From NCBI GenBank assembly GCA_963796105.1, contig CAWCKJ010000004.1:1472001-1536000 (forward strand): a stretch of DNA of 64,000 bases, written 5' to 3'. Position 1 is the first letter of the stretch; each line of letters begins with the position of its first letter. This DNA is from a candidate division FCPU426 bacterium. Lineage in GTDB: Bacteria > Oederibacteriota > Muellerivitia > Muellerivitales > Muellerivitaceae. Below are positions 49,312-58,450 of the stretch, in pieces. Under the pieces are notes generated by a model. That model was not told the DNA's origin. It saw only the letters and a program-made list of their open reading frames with translations, and did no database searches. The position numbers were made by a program, and so were the translations under genes.

Positions 49312-51831
49312 TTGTCAAAGCGAAAGAAAAAAATTGATTTTATCCGTCAAAACAGGAATTTACCTGTGACGATGCTTTCCCTCAAAACTGGGTGGCCGGA
49401 AAATCAAGTTTTGGAAATTCTTAATCAATTTAAAGAAGAACCAAAAGGTTTGTCGCCGGCCTCAAACCTGATTTCTGCGCAACAAAACAATATTTCTAAC
49501 GGGAACCAAGTAAGGCCTAATCGGATACCTGTAGATAAACGAACCTTGTGGTTTTTCGCCCTTTTAACGGCGTTTTCTACTCTCATTGTCTATTTACCAT
49601 CCTTAAAAAATGATTTCGTGAATTGGGATGATGCGGACAACATCATTAACAATTCTCATATAAGAACGTTAAATTTTTCCTCCATTCATTGGATGTTAAC
49701 TAATAATTTTGAAAATTATTGGATACCCTTGTCATGGTTTTCTTGGGCTGTTGATTATTGGCTTGGGGGTTTAAATCCATTTGTTTTCCACCTAACCAAC
49801 CTGATTCTTCATACCTTCAATACGGTTTTAGTTTTCTTTTTTAGTTTACGGATACTTAAGTTGGCTCGGTTGAGCCAAAGTCCAGGGCTTGATACGACGC
49901 CAAAGCCAACCGCGGCGCATGGCGCGTTAATGACGGCCCTTTTATTTGGGCTACATCCCATTCATGTGGAATCCGTGGCTTGGGCCACGGAGAGAAAAGA
50001 CATCCTTTACACGTTCTTTTTCCTTCTAGGGCTTCTGGCCTATCTCGATTACCAATCTTCAATTGATCGAAAAAAATGGAAATTATGGGGTTGCGTGGGG
50101 CTATATCTTTTAGCGCTCATGTCGAAACCCATGGCTGTCACATTACCCCTGGTTTATCTCATCCTTGATGTTTGGCCCTTGGGCCGGATGAAAGCAAACG
50201 TTTCCAGCGTTATAAAAGAAAAAATACCATTTTTCGCCTTGGCGTTAATCGTTGGATTCACCACATTGGGAATGATGGCCGAGAAAAAAGGGATCGTACA
50301 AAGCGGTTCAATAGCCGTCAAAACGATGAACGCATTTCACTCATTGGCTTTTTATATTTGGAAAATGATTGCGCCTTTTCATTTGCTCCCTTTTTATCCA
50401 TTCCCCCGGCATTTTGATAGCGGTTATTACATCGTGGCCGTTCTTGGGGTTTTGCTTACGCTTTTGGGGTTCTTAATATGCGCGCTTTATCGAAAGGATC
50501 AGCCCAACTTGGGTGCGGCTTGGCTTTATTTTATTGTGACCATCCTTCCCACGTTGGGCTTGATACAAGTGATCGATGCGATGGCGGCGGATAGATATAT
50601 GTACCTACCGAGCTTAAGTTTATTTCTCCTTTTTTCCGGAGCAGTGGCGGTTTTTGCGCCAAATCGTAAAATATTTTTAGGACTTTGCGGTTTACTATTG
50701 ATTCTTTTGGGTTTTGGAACCATCAGGCAAATCGGTGTTTGGAAAAATTCCAAAACGCTTTGGGAAAATGTCGTAAAAGTTTATCCCGATGAAAGCAGTT
50801 TGGCGCATTCTTATTTAGCGATCAGTTATGAGCAAAAGGGCCTTTTGGATGATTCCCTCAGTGAGTATAACCGCGCCTTAAGTCTTTCGCCTGAATCGCA
50901 TCTAGCGCATGATGGAAAAGGTATTGTCCTTTTCAAAAAAGGGTTGGTGGATGAAGCCATACAGGAATATAAACTTGCTCTCACTGATGATCCTGACTTT
51001 ACGCTCGCGCATCAAAATCTTTGGGGCGCCTATGAGAAAAAAGGGATGCATGACGCCGCCATTTCAGAAATAAAAGAAGCGATAAAAATCGATCCGGATT
51101 CCGCAGTGAATTACGCCAAATTGGGCACGAGTTACTCGGCGTTAAATCAATGGAGCGCGTCTGATGAAGCCTTTAAAACAGCGTTCAATTTGGACCCGGA
51201 TTCGGCTGAAAGCCATAACGAAAAAGGGAATGTTTTTGCGCGGATGGGGAAATGGGATGCCGCAATTGAGGAATTTAAAACAGCCCTGGCATTGAATCCG
51301 CGATATGCGTTACCGGCGTTGAATCTTTGGAACATTTTTGAACACCAGGGAAGGCATAAAGATGCGATTGATGTAATGTTGACGGCTACCCAAAATAATC
51401 CCGATGACGCGGAGGTGTTTATAGATTTGGGCGTGAGTTTTAGTTTTTTAAAACAACTCAGCGATGCTGAGATGGCTTTTAAAAAAGCGTTTGATTTGGA
51501 CCCGGCAAATCCCCAAAACCTCGTAAATCTAGCCACTATTTACCAATGGCAAGGACGCGTTGATGAATCTATGGCCCTTTATCAAAAAGGGATTCTGGGA
51601 AACCCTAAGGAGCCTGTTTATTATTTGAAAATGGCGGATTTGTATTTGGACAAACATTTGCCCGCCGAGGCGTTGGAAATGCTCGACACTGGAATAAGGT
51701 TGAATCCTGGGGATCCCAAGATAGTCCAACAAATGGGAGAAGATTATGAAAGGGCAGGTCGGAAGAGTTTGGCGCAACAGTGTTTTGCCAAGGCCAGGAT
51801 TTTGTCATCGGCGTTTAGTAAGAGCAAATAA
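49312..51831 (+). CDS. TMTC-like membrane glycosyltransferase (GT-C) with C-terminal TPRs
   Basis: FVNWDD, HPIHVESVAW..ERKD, SKPMAVTLP and ADRYMYLP motifs; many TPRs; lower GC than flanks. Confidence 0.82.
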   Translation: MSKRKKKIDFIRQNRNLPVTMLSLKTGWPENQVLEILNQFKEEPKGLSPASNLISAQQNNISNGNQVRPNRIPVDKRTLWFFALLTAFSTLIVYLPSLKNDFVNWDDADNIINNSHIRTLNFSSIHWMLTNNFENYWIPLSWFSWAVDYWLGGLNPFVFHLTNLILHTFNTVLVFFFSLRILKLARLSQSPGLDTTPKPTAAHGALMTALLFGLHPIHVESVAWATERKDILYTFFFLLGLLAYLDYQSSIDRKKWKLWGCVGLYLLALMSKPMAVTLPLVYLILDVWPLGRMKANVSSVIKEKIPFFALALIVGFTTLGMMAEKKGIVQSGSIAVKTMNAFHSLAFYIWKMIAPFHLLPFYPFPRHFDSGYYIVAVLGVLLTLLGFLICALYRKDQPNLGAAWLYFIVTILPTLGLIQVIDAMAADRYMYLPSLSLFLLFSGAVAVFAPNRKIFLGLCGLLLILLGFGTIRQIGVWKNSKTLWENVVKVYPDESSLAHSYLAISYEQKGLLDDSLSEYNRALSLSPESHLAHDGKGIVLFKKGLVDEAIQEYKLALTDDPDFTLAHQNLWGAYEKKGMHDAAISEIKEAIKIDPDSAVNYAKLGTSYSALNQWSASDEAFKTAFNLDPDSAESHNEKGNVFARMGKWDAAIEEFKTALALNPRYALPALNLWNIFEHQGRHKDAIDVMLTATQNNPDDAEVFIDLGVSFSFLKQLSDAEMAFKKAFDLDPANPQNLVNLATIYQWQGRVDESMALYQKGILGNPKEPVYYLKMADLYLDKHLPAEALEMLDTGIRLNPGDPKIVQQMGEDYERAGRKSLAQQCFAKARILSSAFSKSK

Positions 51832-51890
51832 ATTCAACCGTCTCCCAAAAACCTAAATATCGGCACCCTCTATGAAAAATCAACGAGCCT

Positions 51891-53648
51891 TTATTCCTCG
51901 TCCTCATGGGCGACGCGGACGAGTTCTTCCGCCGTGGTCAGGCCCTTCAAGACCTTCTTGACGCCGCATTCCCGGAGCGTCTGCATCCCGTCCTGCCTGG
52001 CGATTTTCTTGAGTTCCACTGCTGATTTCCTCTGGAAGACGCCCTTCCTGAATTCCTCGTTCAAGATCAAGACCTCATGGATGGCCATACGGCCCTTATA
52101 ACCGGTGTTGGAACAGGTGTTACAGCCCATGCCGCGGTAAAGAGTGACAGTCTCCCCGGCTTGGGGCTGGAGGCTCAAATCCTCCAGGACATCGGGCGTG
52201 GCCTCATAGGGCTGCTTACAATCCTTGCAAATTTTCCGGATCAAACGCTGGGCCACCACGCAATTGAGGGTTGAGGAAATCAGGAACGGCACGATGCCCA
52301 TGTTTCCCAAACGGGTGATCGCCCCTGGGGCGTCGTTGGTGTGGAGGGTGGAAAAGACCATCAAGCCCGTCAGTGCGGCGTTTATGGCGATCTCGGCAGT
52401 TTCCTTGTCCCGGATTTCCCCCACCATGATGATGTCCGCGTTCTGCCTGAGGAAGCACCGCAGGCCCGTCGAGAAATCGAGGCCGATGCCGGATTTTGCC
52501 TCCATTTGGTTGATCCCCGTCATCTGGTACTCCACCGGATCCTCGATCGTCGCGATGTTGATGATCGGCTTGTTGATGAAATTCAATGCCGAGTAAAGGG
52601 TGGTTGATTTTCCCGAGCCGGTTGGGCCCGTGAGCAGGACCATTCCGTAGGGCTGGGTGATGGCCTTCTCGAATTTCGGGAGGATGTCCTCCTCGAAACC
52701 CAGCTTGGGAAGGTCGAGCGAGAGGTTCGAGTGGTCCAGAATCCGCATGACCACTTTTTCGCCGAACTGCATGGGACAGATGGAAACGCGGATGTCGATT
52801 TCCTTGCCCAGCACCTTCACCTTGATGCGTCCGTCCTGAGGAAGGCGCCTCTCGGATATGTCCAGGGAGGCCATGATCTTGATGCGGGAGGAGATGGCCG
52901 CGGCGAGGACCCGCGGAGGGGATTGGACCTCATGAAGCACCCCGTCGATTCGGTACCTGCACCTGAGATTTTTCTCATAGGCTTCAATATGAATGTCGCT
53001 CGCGCCCGCCCTGACCGCTTCCGTTAAAACCAAATTGACCAGGCGGATGACGGGGGTGTCCCTGCCCGCGGCCTCCAGCTTGGAAATATCCATGTCCTCC
53101 GCTTTTTCCTCGACCAGTTCCAAGTTGGATTCGGGGCCCCCGGACATGCTGCTGAGGATCTCCTGCATGTCCCCGCCCGCGTCCTTCCCGCCATCGGCGC
53201 TTCCAGCGTTTTTGCCGTAGTACTTGGCCAGCATGGCCTTGATTTCCGCCTCGCCGGCGATGGCGGGCTCCACCTCGAAGCCGGTGGTCATCTTGATGTC
53301 ATCGAGGGCGAAAACATTCAGGGGATCGGCCATGGCCACCATCAATTTATTGTCCTTCTTGACGATGGGGATGAGGCAGTGGTTGAGAGCGATGGCCTCG
53401 GGCACCGAAAAAACAACGTCGTTCGGGATTTCCCCGATTTCATTCAAGTTCACCTGGGGTATCCCGAGCTGGGTCCCCACGAAAGCCATGATGACATCCT
53501 GCGTGACGAAGCCCTGGTCGATCAGGATCTTCTCAAGCCGTCCGCCCTTGCTCTTTTGTTCCAGCATGGCGTCCTGGAGCTGGGCGTCGGTGATGATTCC
53601 CTCATCCACCAGCATATCGCCCAGGCGTTTTCTCATGGATTCCGGCAT
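51891..53648 (-). CDS. pilB: Type IV pilus/T2SS assembly ATPase (PilB/GspE)
   Basis: ASDIHIE, RLPQDGR, GPTGSGKSTT, TIEDPVE, VGEIRD and STLHTN motifs; tetra-Cys; MshEN-like N-terminus. Confidence 0.9.
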   Translation of the reverse strand: MPESMRKRLGDMLVDEGIITDAQLQDAMLEQKSKGGRLEKILIDQGFVTQDVIMAFVGTQLGIPQVNLNEIGEIPNDVVFSVPEAIALNHCLIPIVKKDNKLMVAMADPLNVFALDDIKMTTGFEVEPAIAGEAEIKAMLAKYYGKNAGSADGGKDAGGDMQEILSSMSGGPESNLELVEEKAEDMDISKLEAAGRDTPVIRLVNLVLTEAVRAGASDIHIEAYEKNLRCRYRIDGVLHEVQSPPRVLAAAISSRIKIMASLDISERRLPQDGRIKVKVLGKEIDIRVSICPMQFGEKVVMRILDHSNLSLDLPKLGFEEDILPKFEKAITQPYGMVLLTGPTGSGKSTTLYSALNFINKPIINIATIEDPVEYQMTGINQMEAKSGIGLDFSTGLRCFLRQNADIIMVGEIRDKETAEIAINAALTGLMVFSTLHTNDAPGAITRLGNMGIVPFLISSTLNCVVAQRLIRKICKDCKQPYEATPDVLEDLSLQPQAGETVTLYRGMGCNTCSNTGYKGRMAIHEVLILNEEFRKGVFQRKSAVELKKIARQDGMQTLRECGVKKVLKGLTTAEELVRVAHEDEE

Positions 53649-53772
53649 GAAGCACCTCAATCAAGTTTAAACGGAAACTCTTGGTTTTTTCCGAGAGACC
53701 CAATCATTCCCCAGCTAGGATACCGCCCTTATTATGGAAGAACCAAGCCATTTTCGATACTTGTTTGAATAC

Positions 53773-54067
53773 TAGAACCAATCTCAAAATAACTAATTAA
53801 GCGGGCAATAGCAGTTTCTCCCTTCCCCCATGTCTCTTTGAAAAACAAAGACATTGAGCATGGGGACGTCCCCAATTTCCATTCATTATTATCACTTGGA
53901 TGAAATGGGGGATGAAAAAGGGGGGACAGGGGAGAATTAGCTTTCGTAGTGTAATACCCAGAGGCTAACCCTTCGACGTTGCTCAGGGCCCTGAGGCTCT
54001 CGAAGCACTGCCACACGCCGCGGTGCGTGGGGCTTCCCCCCAATCCCCCTCTTTCAGAGGGGGAAGA
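53773..54067. repeat. Family D composite hairpin repeat, copy 1
   Basis: Shares a terminal segment and a 19-bp CCCCCTCT-TTC-AGAGGGGG hairpin with 58232-58373 in inverted orientation. Confidence 0.6.
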
Positions 54068-54190
54068 TTAAAAAATCAATAGACCGCAGGTGCTTTGTAC
54101 ATAAGCATACCCTGTTTATATTGCGGCAGTATGGTTGATAGTGCTAGGATACGCCTCTTTAAATTTTCCTGAAATCCGAAGGGAGTTTTT

Positions 54191-54970
54191 ATGTTTTCGC
54201 GAGGCAAGAGATCCTTATTCGCCGTATTCACCGCCGGGGCCTTGATCCTGCTGGGCTGGTCCTGCAACAAATATCCCAATAAGGCGGGCATTTCGGACGG
54301 CCAGCTTGTGGCCACCGTTGGGGACCAGAAAATCACCTTCAACGATTGGATGAGGCATTTGGACCTTTTGAGGGTTTTTTCCCCCCAGCCGGTGGACCCC
54401 AACAGCGCGGAACAAGTGAAGGAAGTCCTGGAAAGCCTCATCAACCAGGAAGTGGTCCTGGGCGTCATCCAAAAGACCAATTATTCCGATCCCAAGTTCG
54501 AGGAGATGGCCCAGAAGGAACTCGTGGAGGCCGGCCTCCAAATCAAGGAGCTCAAGGATAAGTTGACCAGGGATATCGAGACCGTGAACCGCCTTGAGAA
54601 GAATTACAAGGACGGCTACATGCAGATGCTGATGGCCCAGCATTACGCCGCCTCGCAGGTGGATTCCGTGATCGTGTCGGATCAGGAAGCCAAGGAAAAA
54701 TACATGGAGCTGGCCAAGCAGGCCAAGCTCGCGGGGCAGGAAGTGCCCCCGTTCGACAAGATCGAGGACCAATTGAAACTCCGGATCCGCGCCGACAAAC
54801 TCCTGACGAAACTCCAGGGAGACCGAAAGATCAACCGGCAGGTTGACGTTATCGAAAAGTACTTAGCCAACCTTTCCTCCGAACAGCAAGCGCTTCAAGC
54901 GCCGGCACAGCCCGGAATGGGCGCGGCGCCTTCCGGCGGGAAAGGGACCCATCCCAAGGCGAAAGAATAA
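54191..54970 (+). CDS. SurA N-terminal-like lipoprotein
   Basis: GWSC lipobox; LVATVGDQKIT and VLESLINQEVV motifs. Confidence 0.7.
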   Translation: MFSRGKRSLFAVFTAGALILLGWSCNKYPNKAGISDGQLVATVGDQKITFNDWMRHLDLLRVFSPQPVDPNSAEQVKEVLESLINQEVVLGVIQKTNYSDPKFEEMAQKELVEAGLQIKELKDKLTRDIETVNRLEKNYKDGYMQMLMAQHYAASQVDSVIVSDQEAKEKYMELAKQAKLAGQEVPPFDKIEDQLKLRIRADKLLTKLQGDRKINRQVDVIEKYLANLSSEQQALQAPAQPGMGAAPSGGKGTHPKAKE

Positions 54971-55060
54971 TTCCGGAATAGGGGCATCCCCTGGGGCCTT
55001 GCGAGGGGCTTCCGCGGTCGGGACAGCCTTTTCACCCGGAATTAAATCGGTGGCGCATCG

Positions 55061-56065
55061 TTGATCAACTACAAAAAAAACTTCCGGCCTCATCTACGCC
55101 TCTTTCTTTACGCCGCCGCGGGCCTGGGCATCCTGGGATGCTCCAGGGAAGTGACGGTGGATCTTTCACCGCCCCGGGTGCCGCCGGAAAAGACCGTCGT
55201 AACCGTCAATGGAGAGCCGCTTTCGCTGGAGGAATTCGACAACGAATTCCGCCTCATGGCCATCCATTACAGCGCCGTCTCCGAGGGGGACATGCGGGCC
55301 ATCAAGCGGAGGCTCTTTGAGCAGGTGATCAACCGGCGTCTTTTGGTCCAGGAAGCCCGGAAAGCGGACTTGAGGATGACCCAGAGGGAAATTGACGAGA
55401 CTTTCAGGGAAGCCTTGAGCGAGATGCCCAACAACTACCCCCAGATCCTCAAGGGATGGGGCGTCAGCGAGGCCTCCTGGCGGAGGAAGCTCCTCCAGGA
55501 GAAACTGGCGCGCAAGCTGGTGGACCTCAAGGTGAACTCGAAGGTCCAGATCACGCCCTCGGAGGTGGAGGAGTATTACTGGTCCCATCTGTCCCAGTAC
55601 TGGAAACCGGAAGCAATCCGGGCCCGGCACTTGGTCGTGACGCACAAGGGGGACTTGGACCGGGCCCTCAAGGCCCTTAAAAAGGGGGAGGAATTCTCCA
55701 TCATCGCGGAAAGCCTTTCCGAGGGGGTGGAGAAAAGCAAGGGCGGGGACTGGGGTTTCATGGATATCGACCGGCTGGACCCGGCCTACCTGAAGACCCT
55801 CGCGGACTTGAAACCAGGGGAAGTTTCCGCGCCATTGGAGGACGAGTTTGGGTATCATTTGTTCCAATTGATCGAAAGGCGCCCCCGGCGGATGCAATCC
55901 CTGGAGGATGTCCGGGACAACATTCATGATAGTTTGTTAAGGGAAGAACAGGATCGGCGGTTCGACCAGTGGATGGCCGGCATCAAGCGCAAGGCGACCA
56001 TCCGGGTCAATCAATCAATGGCGCCCCTAGTCGGGGTGACCCTGGAGGATACGAGAGATGAATAA
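55061..56065 (+). CDS. Parvulin-type PPIase lipoprotein (SurA/PrsA-like)
   Basis: LGC lipobox; IRARHLVV, GGDWG and FGYHLF motifs. Confidence 0.85.
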   Translation: MINYKKNFRPHLRLFLYAAAGLGILGCSREVTVDLSPPRVPPEKTVVTVNGEPLSLEEFDNEFRLMAIHYSAVSEGDMRAIKRRLFEQVINRRLLVQEARKADLRMTQREIDETFREALSEMPNNYPQILKGWGVSEASWRRKLLQEKLARKLVDLKVNSKVQITPSEVEEYYWSHLSQYWKPEAIRARHLVVTHKGDLDRALKALKKGEEFSIIAESLSEGVEKSKGGDWGFMDIDRLDPAYLKTLADLKPGEVSAPLEDEFGYHLFQLIERRPRRMQSLEDVRDNIHDSLLREEQDRRFDQWMAGIKRKATIRVNQSMAPLVGVTLEDTRDE

Positions 56066-57827
56066 ATACATCATGGTCCTGGCCGGAATTTTATTCTTGT
56101 CAGCGGCGGCCGCCCCGCCCGTAAGGGCGAAAACCCTGGATGAGACCATCCTGATCGTGGACCAAGCCGCGATGACCAAGGGCGAGATGGAGGAGGGAAT
56201 CCAGGCTTATTTCCTCGCCCAGGGGCTCAAATCGGTTGCCCAGCCGGGGACCCCCGATTACGAGAAGGCCAAGAAGGACGTATTCGAGAGCTTCATCCAG
56301 GAAGTGCTGTTGTCGGAGGAGGCGGACCGGCAGAAGATGGAAGTCTCGGACGCCGAGATCGACCACCAGGTGGACCAGGAAATCGCCACGATGAAAAAAA
56401 ACTTCGACGGAGAAAAGGCCTTTGAGGATGGGCTTAAAAAAGAGGGGATCACCCTGGAGGACCTGAAACAGGACACCCGTGACAAGCTGGCCCGGCGAAT
56501 GAAGGCGGACCGGATGCTCCGTTCGAAGCAGGAACAGCTTCCGGGATCGGCCGTCGTGGAAGATGCGGATGTCCAAAAGTATTTCCAGAAACACCCCCAG
56601 GATTACGAGAGGGTGAAGTTTTCCATCATTCTTCTGCGCCTTCCGGCGAAGGCCAAGCCCGAGAACACAGCCCAAGTGGAAAAGCAGGCCAAGAAACTCC
56701 TTCAGGAGCTTAAAGAAGGCGCCGACTTCGCGTCCTACGCGAAAAAATTCTCCGAGGACCAGGGTTCGTCCGACAAGGGCGGAGAGGTGGGAACGGTTTA
56801 CCGGACGGAATTGGACCCCAAGCTGGCCAAGGGCGTTTTCGCGATCCCGGCCAAGGGAATGGGGCTGGTCAGGGCCCCGGATGGGGTCTATATCGTGAAG
56901 GTGGATTACAAGGGGAAGGCGGACTACGATTCAGTGGCTCCCGCCATCAAGGACCACCTGGCGAAAGAACAGCAAACCACGGCGCTTCAAAGCTGGATGG
57001 AGGGTTTGAAAAAAAACGCTTATATCGTTGAGGACGGAAAGGTTATTACAGAGGCGTCCAAACCGTTGAGTCCCGGGGAGATCGCGTCCGCGGCGGCTGC
57101 GCAATCACAGGATGAGGATACTGAGGCGGCCGGGCAAACCACGAACGCGGCGTCAGCGGAACCGATCGCCGAGGAACAGGGGAATTCCCGCGATAATCCC
57201 ACCCTGCCAAGCGGGGGCAGTTCGGCCCTGGCTTTCCATTTAAACGGGTTGAATTACGGGACCGATGATCTTTCGAGTTATTACGGCTCTTCGGTCAATA
57301 CCAACCAGGGTTTTCCTTTTGGCTTGGGTTTGGACCTGGGATGGGAAATAGCGGTGGACCAGACCATCGAAGTGGGGATTCTCGGGGATGTCCTTCATGA
57401 ATTTGAGGAGGATCTTACGGATTCCTCCGGAAACAAGAACGAGTGGAACTCCACAGCCGCAGGGCCCCTGCTTTCAGCCAGGGTCTTGATTCCCTTGGAT
57501 GAGGGTACCAATTTCATCCTCAGCGCCGCGGGAGGCTATTACTTCCTCATGAGCGGAAGCGTCTCCGTGACGGGATCGGCCCCGCGGAACATCGATTTGA
57601 GCGGCGGGTCCTTTGGCGGGAGGGCGGGTCTCGGGACGGAGTTTTTCCTGGATGATGACAAGAATACTTCCCTGGACCTGGGGCTCGCTTACCGCTTGGT
57701 CAAGTTTTCCTCGCTTACGGCCAAGACCACTACCGGGACACTTCTTCCCACGCCCGGAAGCATCGACTTTTCGGGAATCCAGATCGGAGTCGGTATCCGG
57801 TTTTACCTGGATAAGGACCTGGAATAA
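56058..57827 (+). CDS. SurA-like parvulin chaperone fused to a probable outer-membrane beta-barrel
   Basis: Signal peptide, SurA-N, FASYAKKFSED..GGEVG, low-complexity linker, then ~200 aa of alternating beta-strands ending GVGIRFYL. Confidence 0.75.
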   Translation: MNKYIMVLAGILFLSAAAAPPVRAKTLDETILIVDQAAMTKGEMEEGIQAYFLAQGLKSVAQPGTPDYEKAKKDVFESFIQEVLLSEEADRQKMEVSDAEIDHQVDQEIATMKKNFDGEKAFEDGLKKEGITLEDLKQDTRDKLARRMKADRMLRSKQEQLPGSAVVEDADVQKYFQKHPQDYERVKFSIILLRLPAKAKPENTAQVEKQAKKLLQELKEGADFASYAKKFSEDQGSSDKGGEVGTVYRTELDPKLAKGVFAIPAKGMGLVRAPDGVYIVKVDYKGKADYDSVAPAIKDHLAKEQQTTALQSWMEGLKKNAYIVEDGKVITEASKPLSPGEIASAAAAQSQDEDTEAAGQTTNAASAEPIAEEQGNSRDNPTLPSGGSSALAFHLNGLNYGTDDLSSYYGSSVNTNQGFPFGLGLDLGWEIAVDQTIEVGILGDVLHEFEEDLTDSSGNKNEWNSTAAGPLLSARVLIPLDEGTNFILSAAGGYYFLMSGSVSVTGSAPRNIDLSGGSFGGRAGLGTEFFLDDDKNTSLDLGLAYRLVKFSSLTAKTTTGTLLPTPGSIDFSGIQIGVGIRFYLDKDLE

Positions 57828-57858
57828 GGGCGGTTGAAAGGGAAGACCGGGAGGGATT

Positions 57859-58119
57859 TTGAGGGTGGACCTTTTTCTAAAATTGATCGGAATCACCAAA
57901 ACCCGGATGACCGCCAAGCGGTTGTGCGACTCGGGCAAGGTCCAACTCGGTCAAAAGCCCTTGAAGCCTTCCCATGAGATCCTGGGGGGAGAAATCCTCG
58001 ATTTGTTCCTGCCTCAGAAAAGCCTCCAAATAAAGATCCTCGAAGTTCCCGCGGGGAAGTCCGTATCCAAAAAAGACCGCAGGAATTTTTATACCCTTCT
58101 TTCCAGCCGGGATGATTAA
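57859..58119 (+). CDS. S4-domain RNA-binding protein (RqcP/Hsp15-like)
   Basis: MRVDLFLK...KTRMTAKRLCDSGKV...KPSHEI motif. Confidence 0.85.
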   Translation: MRVDLFLKLIGITKTRMTAKRLCDSGKVQLGQKPLKPSHEILGGEILDLFLPQKSLQIKILEVPAGKSVSKKDRRNFYTLLSSRDD

Positions 58120-58162
58120 CCAACCTCTCCTCCCTTTGTTGTCATTTCCCTTAGTTGTCATT

Positions 58163-58235
58163 TGCCGATTCACCATTAGACAGTTAAGGGAATCGGTACG
58201 ATACCGACTTTTTTAAAATCCACAATATGTCGTCT
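58163..58235 (-). repeat. Family B element, degenerate copy 5
   Basis: TGCCGATTC..GAATCGGTA-CGA-TACCGAC..GTCGTC. Confidence 0.65.
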
Positions 58236-58373
58236 CCCCCTCTGAAAGAGGGGGAATAAGGGGAAGTTAGCTTTTCCGACAAGTTGTATTAACAACTAAT
58301 ACCCCCCTCCCCCCTTTTTCAAAGGGGGGAAGCTGCTATCGTCCGCCCAGTATGTATTTTGAGATAGGCTCTA
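58232..58373. repeat. Family D composite hairpin repeat, copy 2
   Basis: CCCCCTCTGAAAGAGGGGG at 58236-58254; ends TTTTGAGATAGGCTCTA. Confidence 0.6.
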
Positions 58374-58393
58374 ATAAACCCTTGATTTAATTT

Positions 58394-58408
58394 TGATAAC
58401 AATTATCA
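58394..58408 (+). promoter_or_regulatory. Fur-family box
   Basis: TGATAAC-A-ATTATCA (7-1-7), 42 bp upstream of the NRAMP gene. Confidence 0.75.
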
Positions 58409-58450
58409 TTTAGTTAAAGCGGAATTTGGAATTATTAAGGATTTTTCAAT

